The position numbers and the translations under genes were made by a program. The notes beneath the pieces are model-generated. The model searched no databases. It was not told the origin of the DNA and saw only the letters and a list, made by a program, of their open reading frames with translations. From contig CAVWVQ010000005.1 of assembly GCA_963758525.1 (NCBI GenBank), positions 192,001 through 256,000 on the forward strand: 64,000 nt of DNA, read 5' to 3'. Positions 53,301 through 64,000 of the stretch are shown here, in pieces (the first letter of the stretch is position 1; every line of letters begins with the position of its first letter). This DNA is from an uncultured Phycisphaerales bacterium. GTDB lineage: Bacteria; Planctomycetota; Phycisphaerae; Tepidisphaerales; Tepidisphaeraceae.

Positions 53301-55097
53301 TTACTCCTCGTCCTTCAACTGAATATCTCCCAGGCCTCGGCTCTCTTCGCCGCCTTCCAGACCGCCGCGGAGACCGCGACGATCGGCTCGCTGCGAGCGG
53401 GCTTCTTCCCGGGCCACTTCCTCGGCGGCCCACTGGGCGCGCTTCAGAGACAGGCCGATCTTCCGCTCCTCACTGTCGACGCGAAGAATCTTCACCTCGA
53501 CCGGCTGACCAACCTTGAGATTGTCCTCGGGCTTGTCGACCTTCTGATCGCTGATCTCGCTGATGTGCAGCAAACCTTCGAGACCGGCCTCGAGCTCGAC
53601 GAACACGCCGAAGTTGGCGATCTTCGTGACCGTGCCCGCGACGACCATGCCCGGCCGGTAGTTGGCGGGGATGACCGTCGTCCACGGATCTTCCTGCATC
53701 TGTTTGAGCCCCAACGCGATGCGCTGCTTCTCCTGATCGACACTGAGGACCACCGCGCGAACGTTTTCGCCCTTTTTGAGCACTTCGCTGGGATGGCCAA
53801 TCTTTTTGGTCCATGACAGATCGCTGACGTGAAGCAGGCCGTCGATCCCTTCTTCGATCTCGACGAATGCGCCGTAGTTGGCGATGTTGCGAACTTTGCC
53901 TTCGACGACCGAGCCGGGCGGATACTTCTCGGCAACACGTTCCCAGGGGTTCTCCTCGACTTGTTTCATCCCCAGCGAGATCTCCTGCTTCTCCTTATTG
54001 ATCTCAAGAACCTTGACTTGCACTTTCTGATTCTGCGAGACCACCTCGCTGGGATGATTGATGCGCTTGGTCCAGCTCATCTCACTGATGTGGACCAATC
54101 CCTCGACGCCTTCTTCCAGTTTGCAGAACGCGCCGTAGGACATGATGTTGACCACTTCCGCGTCGTGCACGCTGCCGACCGGGTACTTCTGCTCGATGTT
54201 TTCCCACGGGCTGGCGTCCTTCTGCTTGAGGCCCAGGGCGATCTTTTCCTTCTCTTTATCGATCGATAGCACCTTGACCTCGATCTCCTGATCGATCTTG
54301 AGCATATCGCTGGGATGATTCACCCGGCCCCACGACATGTCGGTGATGTGGAGCAAACCATCGATGCCGCCAAGGTCGATGAACGCGCCGAAGTCGGCAA
54401 TGTTCTTGACCGTTCCCTTGCGGACCGAGCCGACGGTCAGGCCTTCGATTGTCTTGCGTTTGAGATCTTCGCGCTGCTGCTCGATCAGCTTGCGGCGGGA
54501 GATCACGATGTTGCGGCGCTCTTCATCGATTTTCAAGATGACCGCGTCGATCGATCGGCCGATCCAATCGCTGATCTCGCCGGGCCGCCGGATGTCCACC
54601 TGGCTGGCAGGAAGGAAGACGGGAACGCCGATGTCTACCAGCAGACCGCCCTTGATCTTCTTGGTCACCTTGCCGGAGACCGGGTCGCCCTCCTTCTTCG
54701 ACTTCATGATCGCTTCCCAATTGATGATGCGATCAGCTTTGCGTTTGGAGATTTTGACCAGACCGGTGTCCCCCTCGACATCTTCCAGCAATACCTTCAC
54801 GGGATCGCCGACCTTGACGTTCTCCGGCTCGTCGAACTCGGTTTTATCCAGCACACCTTCGCTCTTGAGCCCCAGCTCGACGACAAAATCGTCGCCCACC
54901 ACACTGCTGATGCGCCCTTTGAGGATCGCGCCGGGGGTGAAGTCCTGCACTTCGTCGTTGCCGACGAGCTTGCTGAGATCGATGTCCATCGCGCCATCGG
55001 TGTCGCGTGTCACGGCGTCCGGAAGTGCGGTGGCAACAGCACTGTCTACCTCGGCGTCAATATTTCCCAGAGAATGAATCAGGTTGTAATCGACCAT
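53301..55097 (-). CDS. rpsA: 30S ribosomal protein S1
   Basis: Six S1 repeats (FGAFIDLGGIDGLLHITDMSW and others); start MVDYNLI. Confidence 0.97.
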   Translation of the reverse strand: MVDYNLIHSLGNIDAEVDSAVATALPDAVTRDTDGAMDIDLSKLVGNDEVQDFTPGAILKGRISSVVGDDFVVELGLKSEGVLDKTEFDEPENVKVGDPVKVLLEDVEGDTGLVKISKRKADRIINWEAIMKSKKEGDPVSGKVTKKIKGGLLVDIGVPVFLPASQVDIRRPGEISDWIGRSIDAVILKIDEERRNIVISRRKLIEQQREDLKRKTIEGLTVGSVRKGTVKNIADFGAFIDLGGIDGLLHITDMSWGRVNHPSDMLKIDQEIEVKVLSIDKEKEKIALGLKQKDASPWENIEQKYPVGSVHDAEVVNIMSYGAFCKLEEGVEGLVHISEMSWTKRINHPSEVVSQNQKVQVKVLEINKEKQEISLGMKQVEENPWERVAEKYPPGSVVEGKVRNIANYGAFVEIEEGIDGLLHVSDLSWTKKIGHPSEVLKKGENVRAVVLSVDQEKQRIALGLKQMQEDPWTTVIPANYRPGMVVAGTVTKIANFGVFVELEAGLEGLLHISEISDQKVDKPEDNLKVGQPVEVKILRVDSEERKIGLSLKRAQWAAEEVAREEARSQRADRRGLRGGLEGGEESRGLGDIQLKDEE

Positions 55098-55399
55098 AGG
55101 AACCGTAAGGGGCAAATGCGTTTGCCCGACCTCTGTTATGCGTGGCCCAATTGAAGTATGAATCACCCGCGTCCACGCGGCGCAGGCGCTCCGATCATCC
55201 GTTCGATGGTGGGGGACCTTCCGCCCGCCAGACGAAACGAAATAGTATACCGAGGCATCAATCCGCACGCCAGCGCGATGGTGAACGGGTTGAGGGTCCC
55301 TTTGAAATGACACGCGTTGCTTGATTTTGCCTCCGGTGCGACAACAATCGCGTACAAGTCAATCGTTTTGATGCGTTTGGGCCTTCAAATGGATTCTCG

Positions 55400-56608
55400 A
55401 TGAGCGAGATGGATCCGCCGTTAAATCTTCTGTCCGTCGCCGCGTTCCCGGAGCTGGCGGCCGCAGTCCGCCTGCGTCAGGAGGGCGTGACGCATCGATG
55501 GGAGCAGGTCGTCCGCCAAATACTCCCCAAGGCCGACGAGCTGACGTTCACGCAATTACGCGATGACATCCCGCGTGTCCTGGCGCAGATTGCCGATGCG
55601 CTCGAGCGCGCCGGTTCGCGACACATCGACGATCTGCTGGCCTTGAGTGAAGCGCACGGCTCCATCCGCTTCCACCAAAGCTACAACCTCAACGAAGTGC
55701 TCCTTGAATACGATCTGCTCCGGCCCCTGCTCCTCGAGGAAGTGGTTCAGCAGATGGGACGAAGGCTCACGATCGACGAAATCGTCGCGATCAACGCCGG
55801 TATCGACGTCAGCGTGCGACGATCGGTGCTCACATTCGTCCGGTATCAATCGCAGGAACTCTCCGCGGCCACCGAGTCGCAAAGCAAATACCTCTCGTTC
55901 CTTTCCCATGACCTCCGCGGCGGCTTGAACGGTGTCTTTCTGATGATTGAGGTTCTCAAACGCGAGCTCGCCGGCGAAACGCGCCTTGCTGCCACCATCG
56001 AAGATCTCGACAGCATGCGCCGGTCGTTGCTTGAGACGGTTGCGACCATGGACCGCTTTCTGCATGCCGAGCGCTTCCGCAAGGGGAAGGTGCAGGTTCA
56101 CAAGACGCGCGTCGATCTGAGGAATCTCTGCAATGAGGTCGTCGCGCATTTCATCTATCAGGCGCAGGAAAAGGGTCTCAAGCTGGAATCTGCCGTCGAT
56201 GGCGATTGCGTCCTCAACTCCGATCGCGAGCTCCTGTCGCTCGTTCTGCAAAATCTTGTCTCCAACGCGGTCAAGTACACCGAACACGGCGCCGTGCGCG
56301 TCACCGCCAAGGCCATTGCCGGTGGCGGATGCCTCGTGGCTGTCATCGACCAGGGTCCCGGCATCGAACCGGATAAACTTTCCGAGCTCTTCGCCGCCTT
56401 TACCCGCGGCCAGACCTACGGCCAGCCTGGCGTCGGTCTGGGGCTTTCCATCGCGCGCCAGGCGGCCGATCTGTTGCAGGCAAAGCTCTGGGCCGAGTCG
56501 GCGCCCGGGAAGGGGTCGACGTTTTTTCTGGAGCTCGCGCCGGGTAAATCGGGAATCATCCTGAGCCTTCTTTGCCGCCGCCAGATAGTGCCATACAAAA
56601 GTCCGTGA
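55400..56608 (+). CDS. Cytoplasmic sensor histidine kinase with RsbRD_N-like N-terminal domain
   Basis: HG..RF..SY....V..EY..LR N-terminal pattern; SHDLR, NLVSNAVKY, DQGPGI, GLGLSI. Confidence 0.85.
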   Translation: MSEMDPPLNLLSVAAFPELAAAVRLRQEGVTHRWEQVVRQILPKADELTFTQLRDDIPRVLAQIADALERAGSRHIDDLLALSEAHGSIRFHQSYNLNEVLLEYDLLRPLLLEEVVQQMGRRLTIDEIVAINAGIDVSVRRSVLTFVRYQSQELSAATESQSKYLSFLSHDLRGGLNGVFLMIEVLKRELAGETRLAATIEDLDSMRRSLLETVATMDRFLHAERFRKGKVQVHKTRVDLRNLCNEVVAHFIYQAQEKGLKLESAVDGDCVLNSDRELLSLVLQNLVSNAVKYTEHGAVRVTAKAIAGGGCLVAVIDQGPGIEPDKLSELFAAFTRGQTYGQPGVGLGLSIARQAADLLQAKLWAESAPGKGSTFFLELAPGKSGIILSLLCRRQIVPYKSP

Positions 56609-56632
56609 GCGACGCTATGATGAAGTGCTGTC

Positions 56633-56941
56633 ATGGTTGATCTGATCGAACACCAATCTCCGCGATTATTTGAGCTTTGCCGGAAGTACGGTGTGCGCCG
56701 CTTGGACCTATTCGGCTCAGCCCTGCGAGAGGATTTTGATGTGGAACGCAGTGACCTTGATTTTGTAGTTGAATTCCACAACTTTACGATCGAGAACGCC
56801 GCCGATCGCTATCTGGGCCTGATGATCGACCTGGAAGATCTGTTCCACCGCAAGATTGACTTGGTTTCCTATCGCGCCATCAAGAACCCGTATTTTAAAC
56901 AATCGGTGGACAACACACGGGTCAACCTGTATGCCGCTTGA
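56633..56941 (+). CDS. MNT (minimal nucleotidyltransferase) antitoxin
   Basis: LFGSALR.DF....SDLD, KIDLV. Confidence 0.9.
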   Translation: MVDLIEHQSPRLFELCRKYGVRRLDLFGSALREDFDVERSDLDFVVEFHNFTIENAADRYLGLMIDLEDLFHRKIDLVSYRAIKNPYFKQSVDNTRVNLYAA

Positions 56942-57275
56942 AACGGCCAAGCTTCTGCTCGACATGAAGAGCGCCGCTGAGCGGATCGGCCGATTCGTCG
57001 GGGGAAAAACATTCGAGGATTATCTGAAGGATGAGCTTCTTCGCTCAGCCGTTGAAAGACAGTTTGAAATAATTGGTGAGGCCATGGCACGGCTGATTAA
57101 ACTGGACCGAACCGTTGCCGAGCAAATCAGTGAGTATCGTAAAATCGCCGGCTTTCGGAACGCCCTCATTCACGGATATGACTCAATTGATGATGAAACC
57201 AGTTGGGGAATAATCACGAGTAAATTGCCCGTTCTCGAACGTGAGCTGGCCTCGCTCCTCCCCCAGCAGAACTGA
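56931..57275 (+). CDS. HEPN (DUF86) ribonuclease toxin
   Basis: AVERQFEIIGEA, RNALIHGY (R-X4-H motif); overlaps the MNT gene. Confidence 0.9.
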   Translation: MPLETAKLLLDMKSAAERIGRFVGGKTFEDYLKDELLRSAVERQFEIIGEAMARLIKLDRTVAEQISEYRKIAGFRNALIHGYDSIDDETSWGIITSKLPVLERELASLLPQQN

Positions 57276-57423
57276 TTTGGCTTACTTGTCTCGCGCGGGC
57301 TTTGCTGAGCGTCGTGCACTCATCGCTCGATTGCTGCTTTGTCGATTGCCATCGGCCAAACTCTCGCTTCCCGTTCCCGCTTCCACTAAATTCATCGCAA
57401 AGCGACATTCAACCGGAGCATCC

Positions 57424-58218
57424 ATGGGCTTACTCGACGGAAAAAAAGGACTGATTCTCAACATCGCCAATGATCGCAGCATCGCCACGCACATCGCGTC
57501 GGCTGCGGTGCAGCACGGCGCCAAATGCGGCTTTGGCTTTCTGCCGATGGACAACATCGAAAAATCCCAGCGCCGTGTTCGCAAAGCCATGGAGGAATCG
57601 GGATATCCCGACGAATGGCTGCACCCCTGCGATGTCGGCAGCGACGAGTCGATCGAGAAGTTCTTCGCCGCCGCCACGGAGCGTTTCGACAAGATCGATT
57701 TCCTGGTGCATTGCCTGGCCTTTGCCGACCGCACCTATCTCAAGAAGGATGCCGGCAATTTCACGAGCACCCCGCGCGAGGTCTTCAAGCAGGCATGCGA
57801 CATCAGCGCGTACAGCCTGATCGCCCTGACCCGTGCCGCGCTTCCGATGATGTCAGAAGGCGGTTCCATCATCGCTTTGACGTATCTCGGCAGTGAAAAA
57901 GTGATACCCGGCTACAACGTGATGGGAGTGGCCAAAGCCGCGTTGGAGGCGACCGCCCGCTACCTGGCTTTTGACCTTGGCGGCCGAAAAATCCGCGTCA
58001 ACACGCTCTCCGCCGGCCCCGTCAAAACCCTCAGCGCCATGGCCGTCGGCGGGATCGACGAGATGTTCACTCACATGGAGAAAAAAGCCCCGCTCCATCG
58101 CAACATCACCGGCGAAGAAGTCGGCAAAACCGCCGTCTATCTCCTCAGTGACCTTTCCTCCGGCGTAACCGGGGAGAATATCTACGTCGATTCCGGCTTC
58201 AACATTGTGGGCTTGTAA
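57424..58218 (+). CDS. fabI: Enoyl-ACP reductase
   Basis: ANDRSIA, DISAYSL, YNVMGVAKAALE, SAGPVKTL. Confidence 0.95.
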   Translation: MGLLDGKKGLILNIANDRSIATHIASAAVQHGAKCGFGFLPMDNIEKSQRRVRKAMEESGYPDEWLHPCDVGSDESIEKFFAAATERFDKIDFLVHCLAFADRTYLKKDAGNFTSTPREVFKQACDISAYSLIALTRAALPMMSEGGSIIALTYLGSEKVIPGYNVMGVAKAALEATARYLAFDLGGRKIRVNTLSAGPVKTLSAMAVGGIDEMFTHMEKKAPLHRNITGEEVGKTAVYLLSDLSSGVTGENIYVDSGFNIVGL

Positions 58219-58238
58219 CGCTCACCCCGAACGCTCCC

Positions 58239-58270
58239 GAAAGCCAACGGATTGCCATCCGTGGGTCTTC
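58239..58270. repeat. Degenerate palindrome related to the 20081 REP
   Basis: GAAAGCCAACGGAT-TGCC-ATCCGTGGGTCTTC. Confidence 0.55.
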
Positions 58271-58355
58271 GTTTCCCGCAACAGGCAGTCGTATCGGATC
58301 GCACGTTGCCTTTGTCCCGCTTCACGATTGGATGAACATTTGGATTGCACATTTC

Positions 58356-58384
58356 TTGCCAACTTCGTTGCCGACCGATAGACT
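58356..58384 (+). promoter_or_regulatory. Sigma-70-type promoter of tRNA-Gly
   Basis: TTGCCA-17 bp-TAGACT. Confidence 0.6.
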
Positions 58385-58396
58385 TTCTTCCACGCT

Positions 58397-58468
58397 GCGG
58401 GCGTAGCTCAGTGGTAGAGCGTCACGTTGCCAACGTGAATGTCGAGGGTTCGACCCCCTTCGCCCGCT
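58397..58468 (+). tRNA. tRNA-Gly(GCC), CCA not encoded
   Basis: Acceptor stem GCGGGCG/CGCCCGC; anticodon arm TCACG-TTGCCAA-CGTGA; GTTCGA. Confidence 0.97.
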
Positions 58469-58762
58469 TTTTAAGTTTATATTTAACATGATGTTACACG
58501 TCTTGCTCATCGCCTGTTTTTGGTCAGGGAGAGTTCCTGAACGCTCCGCCGAAATCGCTTCCTCCCGCGCGATAACCTCCACATCAATCACCCTACCGCG
58601 CTGGCGCTGCGTTGCACTCCGATTTTGCGCGAAAGTTCTCGGAAAACGCGCCGATCAGTTGAAGTCTTGCGCCTTGTTCGTCTGACTGGAGCAGGTGTGT
58701 CGGGGAAGCGAAGGAGATGAACGCGCGGGGCAGGCGGCCGTCGTTGAAACCGCAAAGACCAA

Positions 58763-61178
58763 TCACTCATAGGTCAATTGCACGGTCGCCGCGCAAGCCT
58801 TGTTGCACCGGGCCCGCATCCACTGGGCCGAGTAGCCGGCGGGGAAATCGAACTTGACGGTTTGAGCGGCTGGGACGTCAAACGTCTGAAAGGGAACCCA
58901 CGACCCGTTGGCGAGAAAATCCACATCAATGCTGATTTGCACCGGGCCGTCAGCATCGTGAGATAGTCGCAGACTCTTGCGGTCATATCCCGCCATCAGG
59001 TAGGGATCGGACGGCTCATCGGGCCGCACAGTCGAGCGAAGCCAGGGTCCGCCATGGCCGCGCGGCTTGCCGAGTTTCCAGAGGTCATCGATATCCCCGA
59101 GCCACACTCCCGCGCCGCCGCCCGGCGCGGCGAAATAGTGGCCGTCGGGCATGGCGGAATCGCGCGTGCCGGCCAGGACCATCAGCCCGCGCCATGAGCA
59201 AAAATCGGTGATCCGCTTGTCATGCGTGCAGACCGGCTTGATCCGTGCAGCACCGCCCGCATTCGGGTAGGGCACCATGAAGAATGATCCACCGGCGTTG
59301 AGGAGAAAACGCTCGGTCACGCATTCGCGGATCAGCCGCGGCGACAGGCCGAGGTGATCGTACGTTGTGGAAATCGGTAGGCGGTAACGTCCCTTACCGT
59401 CTTCGATCACGACCGACGCATCGTCGAGATGAACGACGTATTGCTGTCCCACGCCGATGGATTTGGGCTCAGCCAGGGCGGGACCACTGTACGGGCGGAC
59501 ATGCAGGTCGGGCGTGATCTCAAACGCCGTCGCAGCGGCCGAAGCGCCGGAAGCATCCACGGCGATCGAGTCGTACCATAGTGTCCCCTTATCGTGCCCC
59601 ATCGGACGAACCGTCCCCGCGTGCCAGGCCTCGCTGCCTTTCGCGTCGGCCAGTGAAGCAAACATCGCTGGATCCGTGACAGCTCCCCCACCGGGGCCAT
59701 AGTGAAAATACGCCGTCGCCTTCGGGCAATCGCGGTCGGTTTTCACGCGGACCCACTGCGCCGTAAACGTATCGGGGAACACGTGCCACGCATATCCGTG
59801 CGCCGGCACTGTGATCGACTCGTCCGCGACCCATCGTCCGCGGCCATCAACATCAGATTCGAACGTGAAGGTGACCGGCTGATCACAGTTGTGAGCCAGA
59901 TGAACCATCCGCTGGCGATACCCGCCGATCAAATATGGCGCCGAAGGCTCACCGGCCTTGACCGGATCGTCCACCCACGGTCCGCCGAATCCGGCCGGCC
60001 TTCCGTGAGTGACCAGATCCTCCCAGTTGGTGAACCAGAGGTTCGAGACGGATTGGCTGCACAGGGGGTTTCCCAACAACGAGGCGTCGTCGCAGCCAAA
60101 AACGATCCGATCGTTTCCCTGATATTTCCATGGGCAAAAATCACCAGTGATTTTCAGATAGGATCCCAGCGGGCGAATCCCACCGCTATTCGCGGCGGTG
60201 AAGGTCCTGGGAAAATCGAACCACTGGCCGTGCATGTTCATCAGGTAATGGCCGCCGGTCACCTCGCGAATGCGAGGCCATTCGGTATACCAGCCATTTT
60301 TGGAAACATACGAATAATCCGCGACGGGCAGGCGGTATTGGCGCCATTGGCCGGCATCGAGAAGCTCGAGGATGACCGAGCGTTTGTCCCACCCCAGCGC
60401 CCAGAGGGGACTGGCATCGTCGGGAGAACCGGTCAGGCCGCCGGGGCCGGTGATGTCGGTAAACTGGCGCCGCTCCAGGATGTGCCACTTCTTTCCGTCC
60501 CACTCGGCGAGCACGCCGCACGCTTCGGGGTCATCGTCGTATCCGGGATCAGTGGCGGCGGGCATTGCCGGGTTGCGGTTCCCGTCCCCGTTATTGGCGA
60601 CGACCAGCCGGTCCTGCCCGGTGTAGGCGCCCTTGCCGTGGTGACCGGGGGCAGCCCGCGCGAAAAGTGTCTTCACTGCCAGCGTGTGAACATCCACCTC
60701 AAAGAGCGCGCCCTCCATGTCATAGATGTACACTTTGTTCGCCGGATCACTCAGATCGCGTGCCGCGGCAGTAAGCCGGGCGGGCATTTGGCTGGGCTGC
60801 AGCGCGCGCACGTTCCGCTGCGCGTCAATGAAATACGGACCGATGATCAGTTGGTTGGATTCGGCGTGGATCATCCGGTCGGCCGGCGTTCCGCCGACGC
60901 TTTCCGGGCGCGTCACGCGGCGCAGGTTGCCGTCAATTTCGTAGAGTTTGTCGTCACTTCCGAGCGGTTGATGCGGGGCGTAGGTGATGACCCAGAGGCG
61001 ATCCGCCCAGCTGACCACCGCGCCGGTGCCGCACTCATTCTGGTGGTTCATTGTCGCCAGCTCGGGGTAGCGGCCGCTGACGGCGATCGGCGCCTGCCCC
61101 TGCGCGGGTGGCGCCGATGAGGGCGCAGGCCACTGCCATCAATGCGACACCGCAACGCCAAACTTCACGTGTTTTCAT
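58763..61178 (-). CDS. Large secreted hypothetical protein, frameshifted near 61100
   Basis: 762-aa ORF plus an upstream signal-peptide frame MKTREVWRCGVALMAVACAL; internal duplication (GGPW...PS.PYL.GY twice). Confidence 0.75.
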
Positions 61179-61399
61179 CGATCAGCTCCACCAGGATCTG
61201 ACGGCCATCCGCTGCACGTCCCGCTCATGGATTCCTTGACATACCTCACGCCAGTTCAGTTGGTTGCTCCGGAATTCGGATCGCCTGGCAGCATAAGACT
61301 GAACGTCCTTGCCGCTGTCGGGACACTGCGGCGTCGTCACGCGCATGTACCAGCTCGAAGGAATCTTCGGGTTTCCTCAGCTCACTGCGGCAGATTGAT

Positions 61400-61580
61400 T
61401 GCCGATCCGTGTCCCAGCCGCCTGTGTCGGCGAACTGCTCGGCTTCGAGGAAGATCAGATTGGAGTTTCTCCCGGGAGCGACACCCTCGGCCGCGTTCAG
61501 CAAACGGCCCGGCAGCAGCCCGGCGATCACTGCGGCGCCTGAAAGACGGGCGAAATTGCGGCGTGTGGTTTCGATGTAGT
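61400..61580 (-). pseudogene. N-terminal fragment of a Tat-exported protein
   Basis: TTRRNF + hydrophobic stretch, then IFLEAEQFADTGGW, then no further coding character. Confidence 0.5.
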
Positions 61581-61685
61581 TGATTACAAATCCAATATTC
61601 GTTTGTGAAATTGCGAATTCGGCATGGTGCATTCCATTGCACCAACGCCACGACGCCAGGTTTTGGTGAATTGCATGAAGTTCAT

Positions 61686-62485
61686 TTATTCTTTGGCGAA
61701 AAATCTGACGTAGTCGTATTGCACTCAGCCGGAAGCTTGTCGTCATCGACTTTTTTTGCGCCGCCGAGACCGGAGGCGATGGTGGTCAACCAGATGTTTT
61801 GGTCCCCATGCGGGAATTTGGTGGCATCAACCGTCTGCACCAGTTTGCCGTCGAAGAAATACTTCACGGTTTTCGCGGTGAACTCGCAGCCGAAAACGTG
61901 AAAGTTCTCGGAGAGATCGGGTGTTTTAACGGTCTTGTGCCCCATCACCTGGTGAGGCTTGGGGATCCATTGATGAACATTGACGCCGTAATCGGTGAGC
62001 CGAAGCGAATCATTCTCGCAAACGTCCAGTTCCTGCACGGCGTCGACAGGCTCGCTCTTCGCCCCGTGTTCCTCGTAGTGCATCATCCAGAATGAGGTAT
62101 GCCATCCTCCGCCGGGAGGCACCTTGAATCGCGATTCGTAGTAGCCGTATTTGAATGCCTTTTTGCTGATGATCCCACCGCCGGTGTAATGCAGTTTTCC
62201 GGCCTCCTCTTTTCTGCAAGCAAGGTGCAGCATTCCTCCGCCCAGCGATACATTTTCCGGCTTCTGAACGCTCCAGTGTCGCGCGTCGGTGCGGTAGTTC
62301 CATTCCGCGGCGTTGAGCTTGTCGCCGTCAAATTCATCGTGCCAGACGAGCTTGTAGCCCGCCATGCTCTGATCGGTCACCTGCGGCAGAATCGCGCCCG
62401 GCGACGCGGAATCCTCGTGACGAGCCGCCCCCAACACGAGCAACACCAGCGTCAAGAGCGAGATGCGAATTGAGTGGTTTTTCAT
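61686..62485 (-). CDS. Glycoside hydrolase family 16, secreted; frameshifted near 61725
   Basis: Own signal peptide MKNHSIRISLLTLVLL; LVWHDEF, YGYYE, SFW, ELDVCE (ExDxxE), FHVFG; alternative frame ends YDYVRFFAKE*. Confidence 0.88.
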
Positions 62486-63502
62486 GGCAGACCCCCGCCG
62501 GATCACTTGCGATAAATTACCAATATCCGCGGTAGTAGACGCCGGTGTCCAAGACATTCCATCTCTCCTGGACATTGTTCTGGGGGGACCCATCCCACGT
62601 GGCCATCGAATCGCCCAGGATGCAACTCCGGTGCTGGCCACGCCGCTGGCCTTGTCCACGCCGCCGTGGGCAAACTCCAGCAATCCGCCGGTGACTTCGG
62701 TCATGTTTCCAACGTTAACCATCGCCGTCTTATTCCCCGTCACCCCCGACGCGGTATCCACGACGGACAATCCCGAGAGGATCTGGGTTCCGGTAAAACT
62801 TTGAGTTGAATTGCCGGAGGGACTGGCGATTACGCGGAGCATGCCGCCGGAAAGGGTGAGGGTGTTGCTGCTGCTGAGCAGGTTACTGAGGCTGGCCGCG
62901 TTGGCGAAATCCACGACCACCGTGTCGCCGTTGACGGCAAGCCCGCCCGTGAACGTGCTGGCGCTGGTGCTGTTGAATGTGAGTCTATTAGGCCCGGCGG
63001 TGGCGATTCCATAACCGGTGCCGCTGATCAATCCGCCGAGGCTGATGTTTCCGGCGGCCATGTTGAACGTCTCATTACCGCCCAGGCTGAATGGGCTATT
63101 GATCGTTTCGGTGGCCGTGCTGTTATTCGTGACGGTTCCGGTGAGGATGAAATTGCCGCCAGTGTTCTGGACAGTCGTTCCGTTGCCGATCACAAACGCA
63201 CCGGCCCCAGAGTTGAACGTGATTCCCGCGACGTTCCAAGACGCGCCGGTTGTCAGATTATTGTTCAGATTCAGGCCCGCGGAGCCAGCGGCCCCGAAGA
63301 CCCAGGAGTCGCCGGAGATGGGCGGATTATTGGCCGCTCCGGTCCAGTTGGCTTCGGCCATATCCGCTGAAGTATCGCCGACCCACGTGTCCGTTGACGC
63401 CCAAACCGCTCGTCCGCCGAGCGCCGAAGCCGGGGCAGCTGCCAGCAGCAATTTCCCCCGTGCTGAGTTTCGGGACCGGACACCGCTGATGGGACGCTGC
63501 AT
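62486..63502 (-). pseudogene. N-terminal fragment of a secreted autotransporter-like beta-strand-repeat protein
   Basis: G/T/N/S-rich repeats (ISGTGYGI..G..LT, TFTGGLAVN, TLTLSGG) that stop near 62620. Confidence 0.6.
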
Positions 63503-63860
63503 CTTAAACCCTCTGCTGGACATTTTCGATCCTCTGTTAGCAGATGCGGCTTGGCAGCCGCGGGACGATTTGCCAGGAATGAACTGGTTCTTGCTTCAGG
63601 CAACCTCTCCGAACAGCCAGAAGTCAACAGCACTCAACATACTTCGCAAAAGGCCGACTGGACTCGGATTTTGCGGCAAAATTCTTAGAAAACCCGCCAA
63701 CAAACCCGGCAACCCATGGTCGCGCAGAAATACAAAGAGCGGGAAGTTTGACCGCGGACAACCCAGCGCTGCCTCGCGACGCTCGGCCGACAACCCAAGA
63801 GGGATATGCCGATATGCCGGGTAACTCCGCGGTCGAACCTTGTTCTGCGTTGAATTACAA

Positions 63861-64000
63861 TTAATGCGCGGACAGAATGATGTGCGTCATCAGTTCGGTC
63901 GCCGAGGCCGGGGAGTAGCCCATGATTCCGTCCACCGGCTCGCCCACCAGACCCGCGCTGAGGTCTTCGCGGCTGTAGATGATCGCGAGGCGACCGCCGA
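63861..64000 (-). CDS. C-terminal end of a probable DUF4159-type protein (partial)
   Basis: GRLAIIYSREDLSAGLVGEPVDGIMGYSP...H*. Confidence 0.6.
   Translation of the reverse strand, partial: GGRLAIIYSREDLSAGLVGEPVDGIMGYSPASATELMTHIILSAH

Overview
GC-rich bacterial chromosomal window. The gene set and the RpsA N-terminus suggest a Planctomycetota (Phycisphaerae/Tepidisphaerales-like) organism, but this is inference. Most of it is housekeeping: rnd, uvrB, purC, motAB, rnc, pyrE, leuC, dus, ligA, pgi, zwf, rpsA, fabI, tRNA-Pro(GGG) and tRNA-Gly(GCC). It also holds a signalling/stress block after tRNA-Pro, two toxin-antitoxin pairs (one split by an IS630), and a decaying carbohydrate-related block after tRNA-Gly. 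About a dozen single-base frameshifts, including one in ligA, most likely reflect assembly indel errors. The strongest unexplained signals are: (1) non-coding palindromic elements made of inverted short tandem repeats, one of which splits motA-motB with an exact 9-bp target-site duplication and contains a nested MITE with its own 9-bp duplication; (2) a RAYT/TnpA-like HUH nuclease gene that carries an exact copy of its upstream palindrome inside its own coding sequence; (3) an Amt-family protein with several canonical transport residues replaced, sitting head-to-head with a PP2C phosphatase-Ser/Thr kinase fusion, a candidate sensor system.
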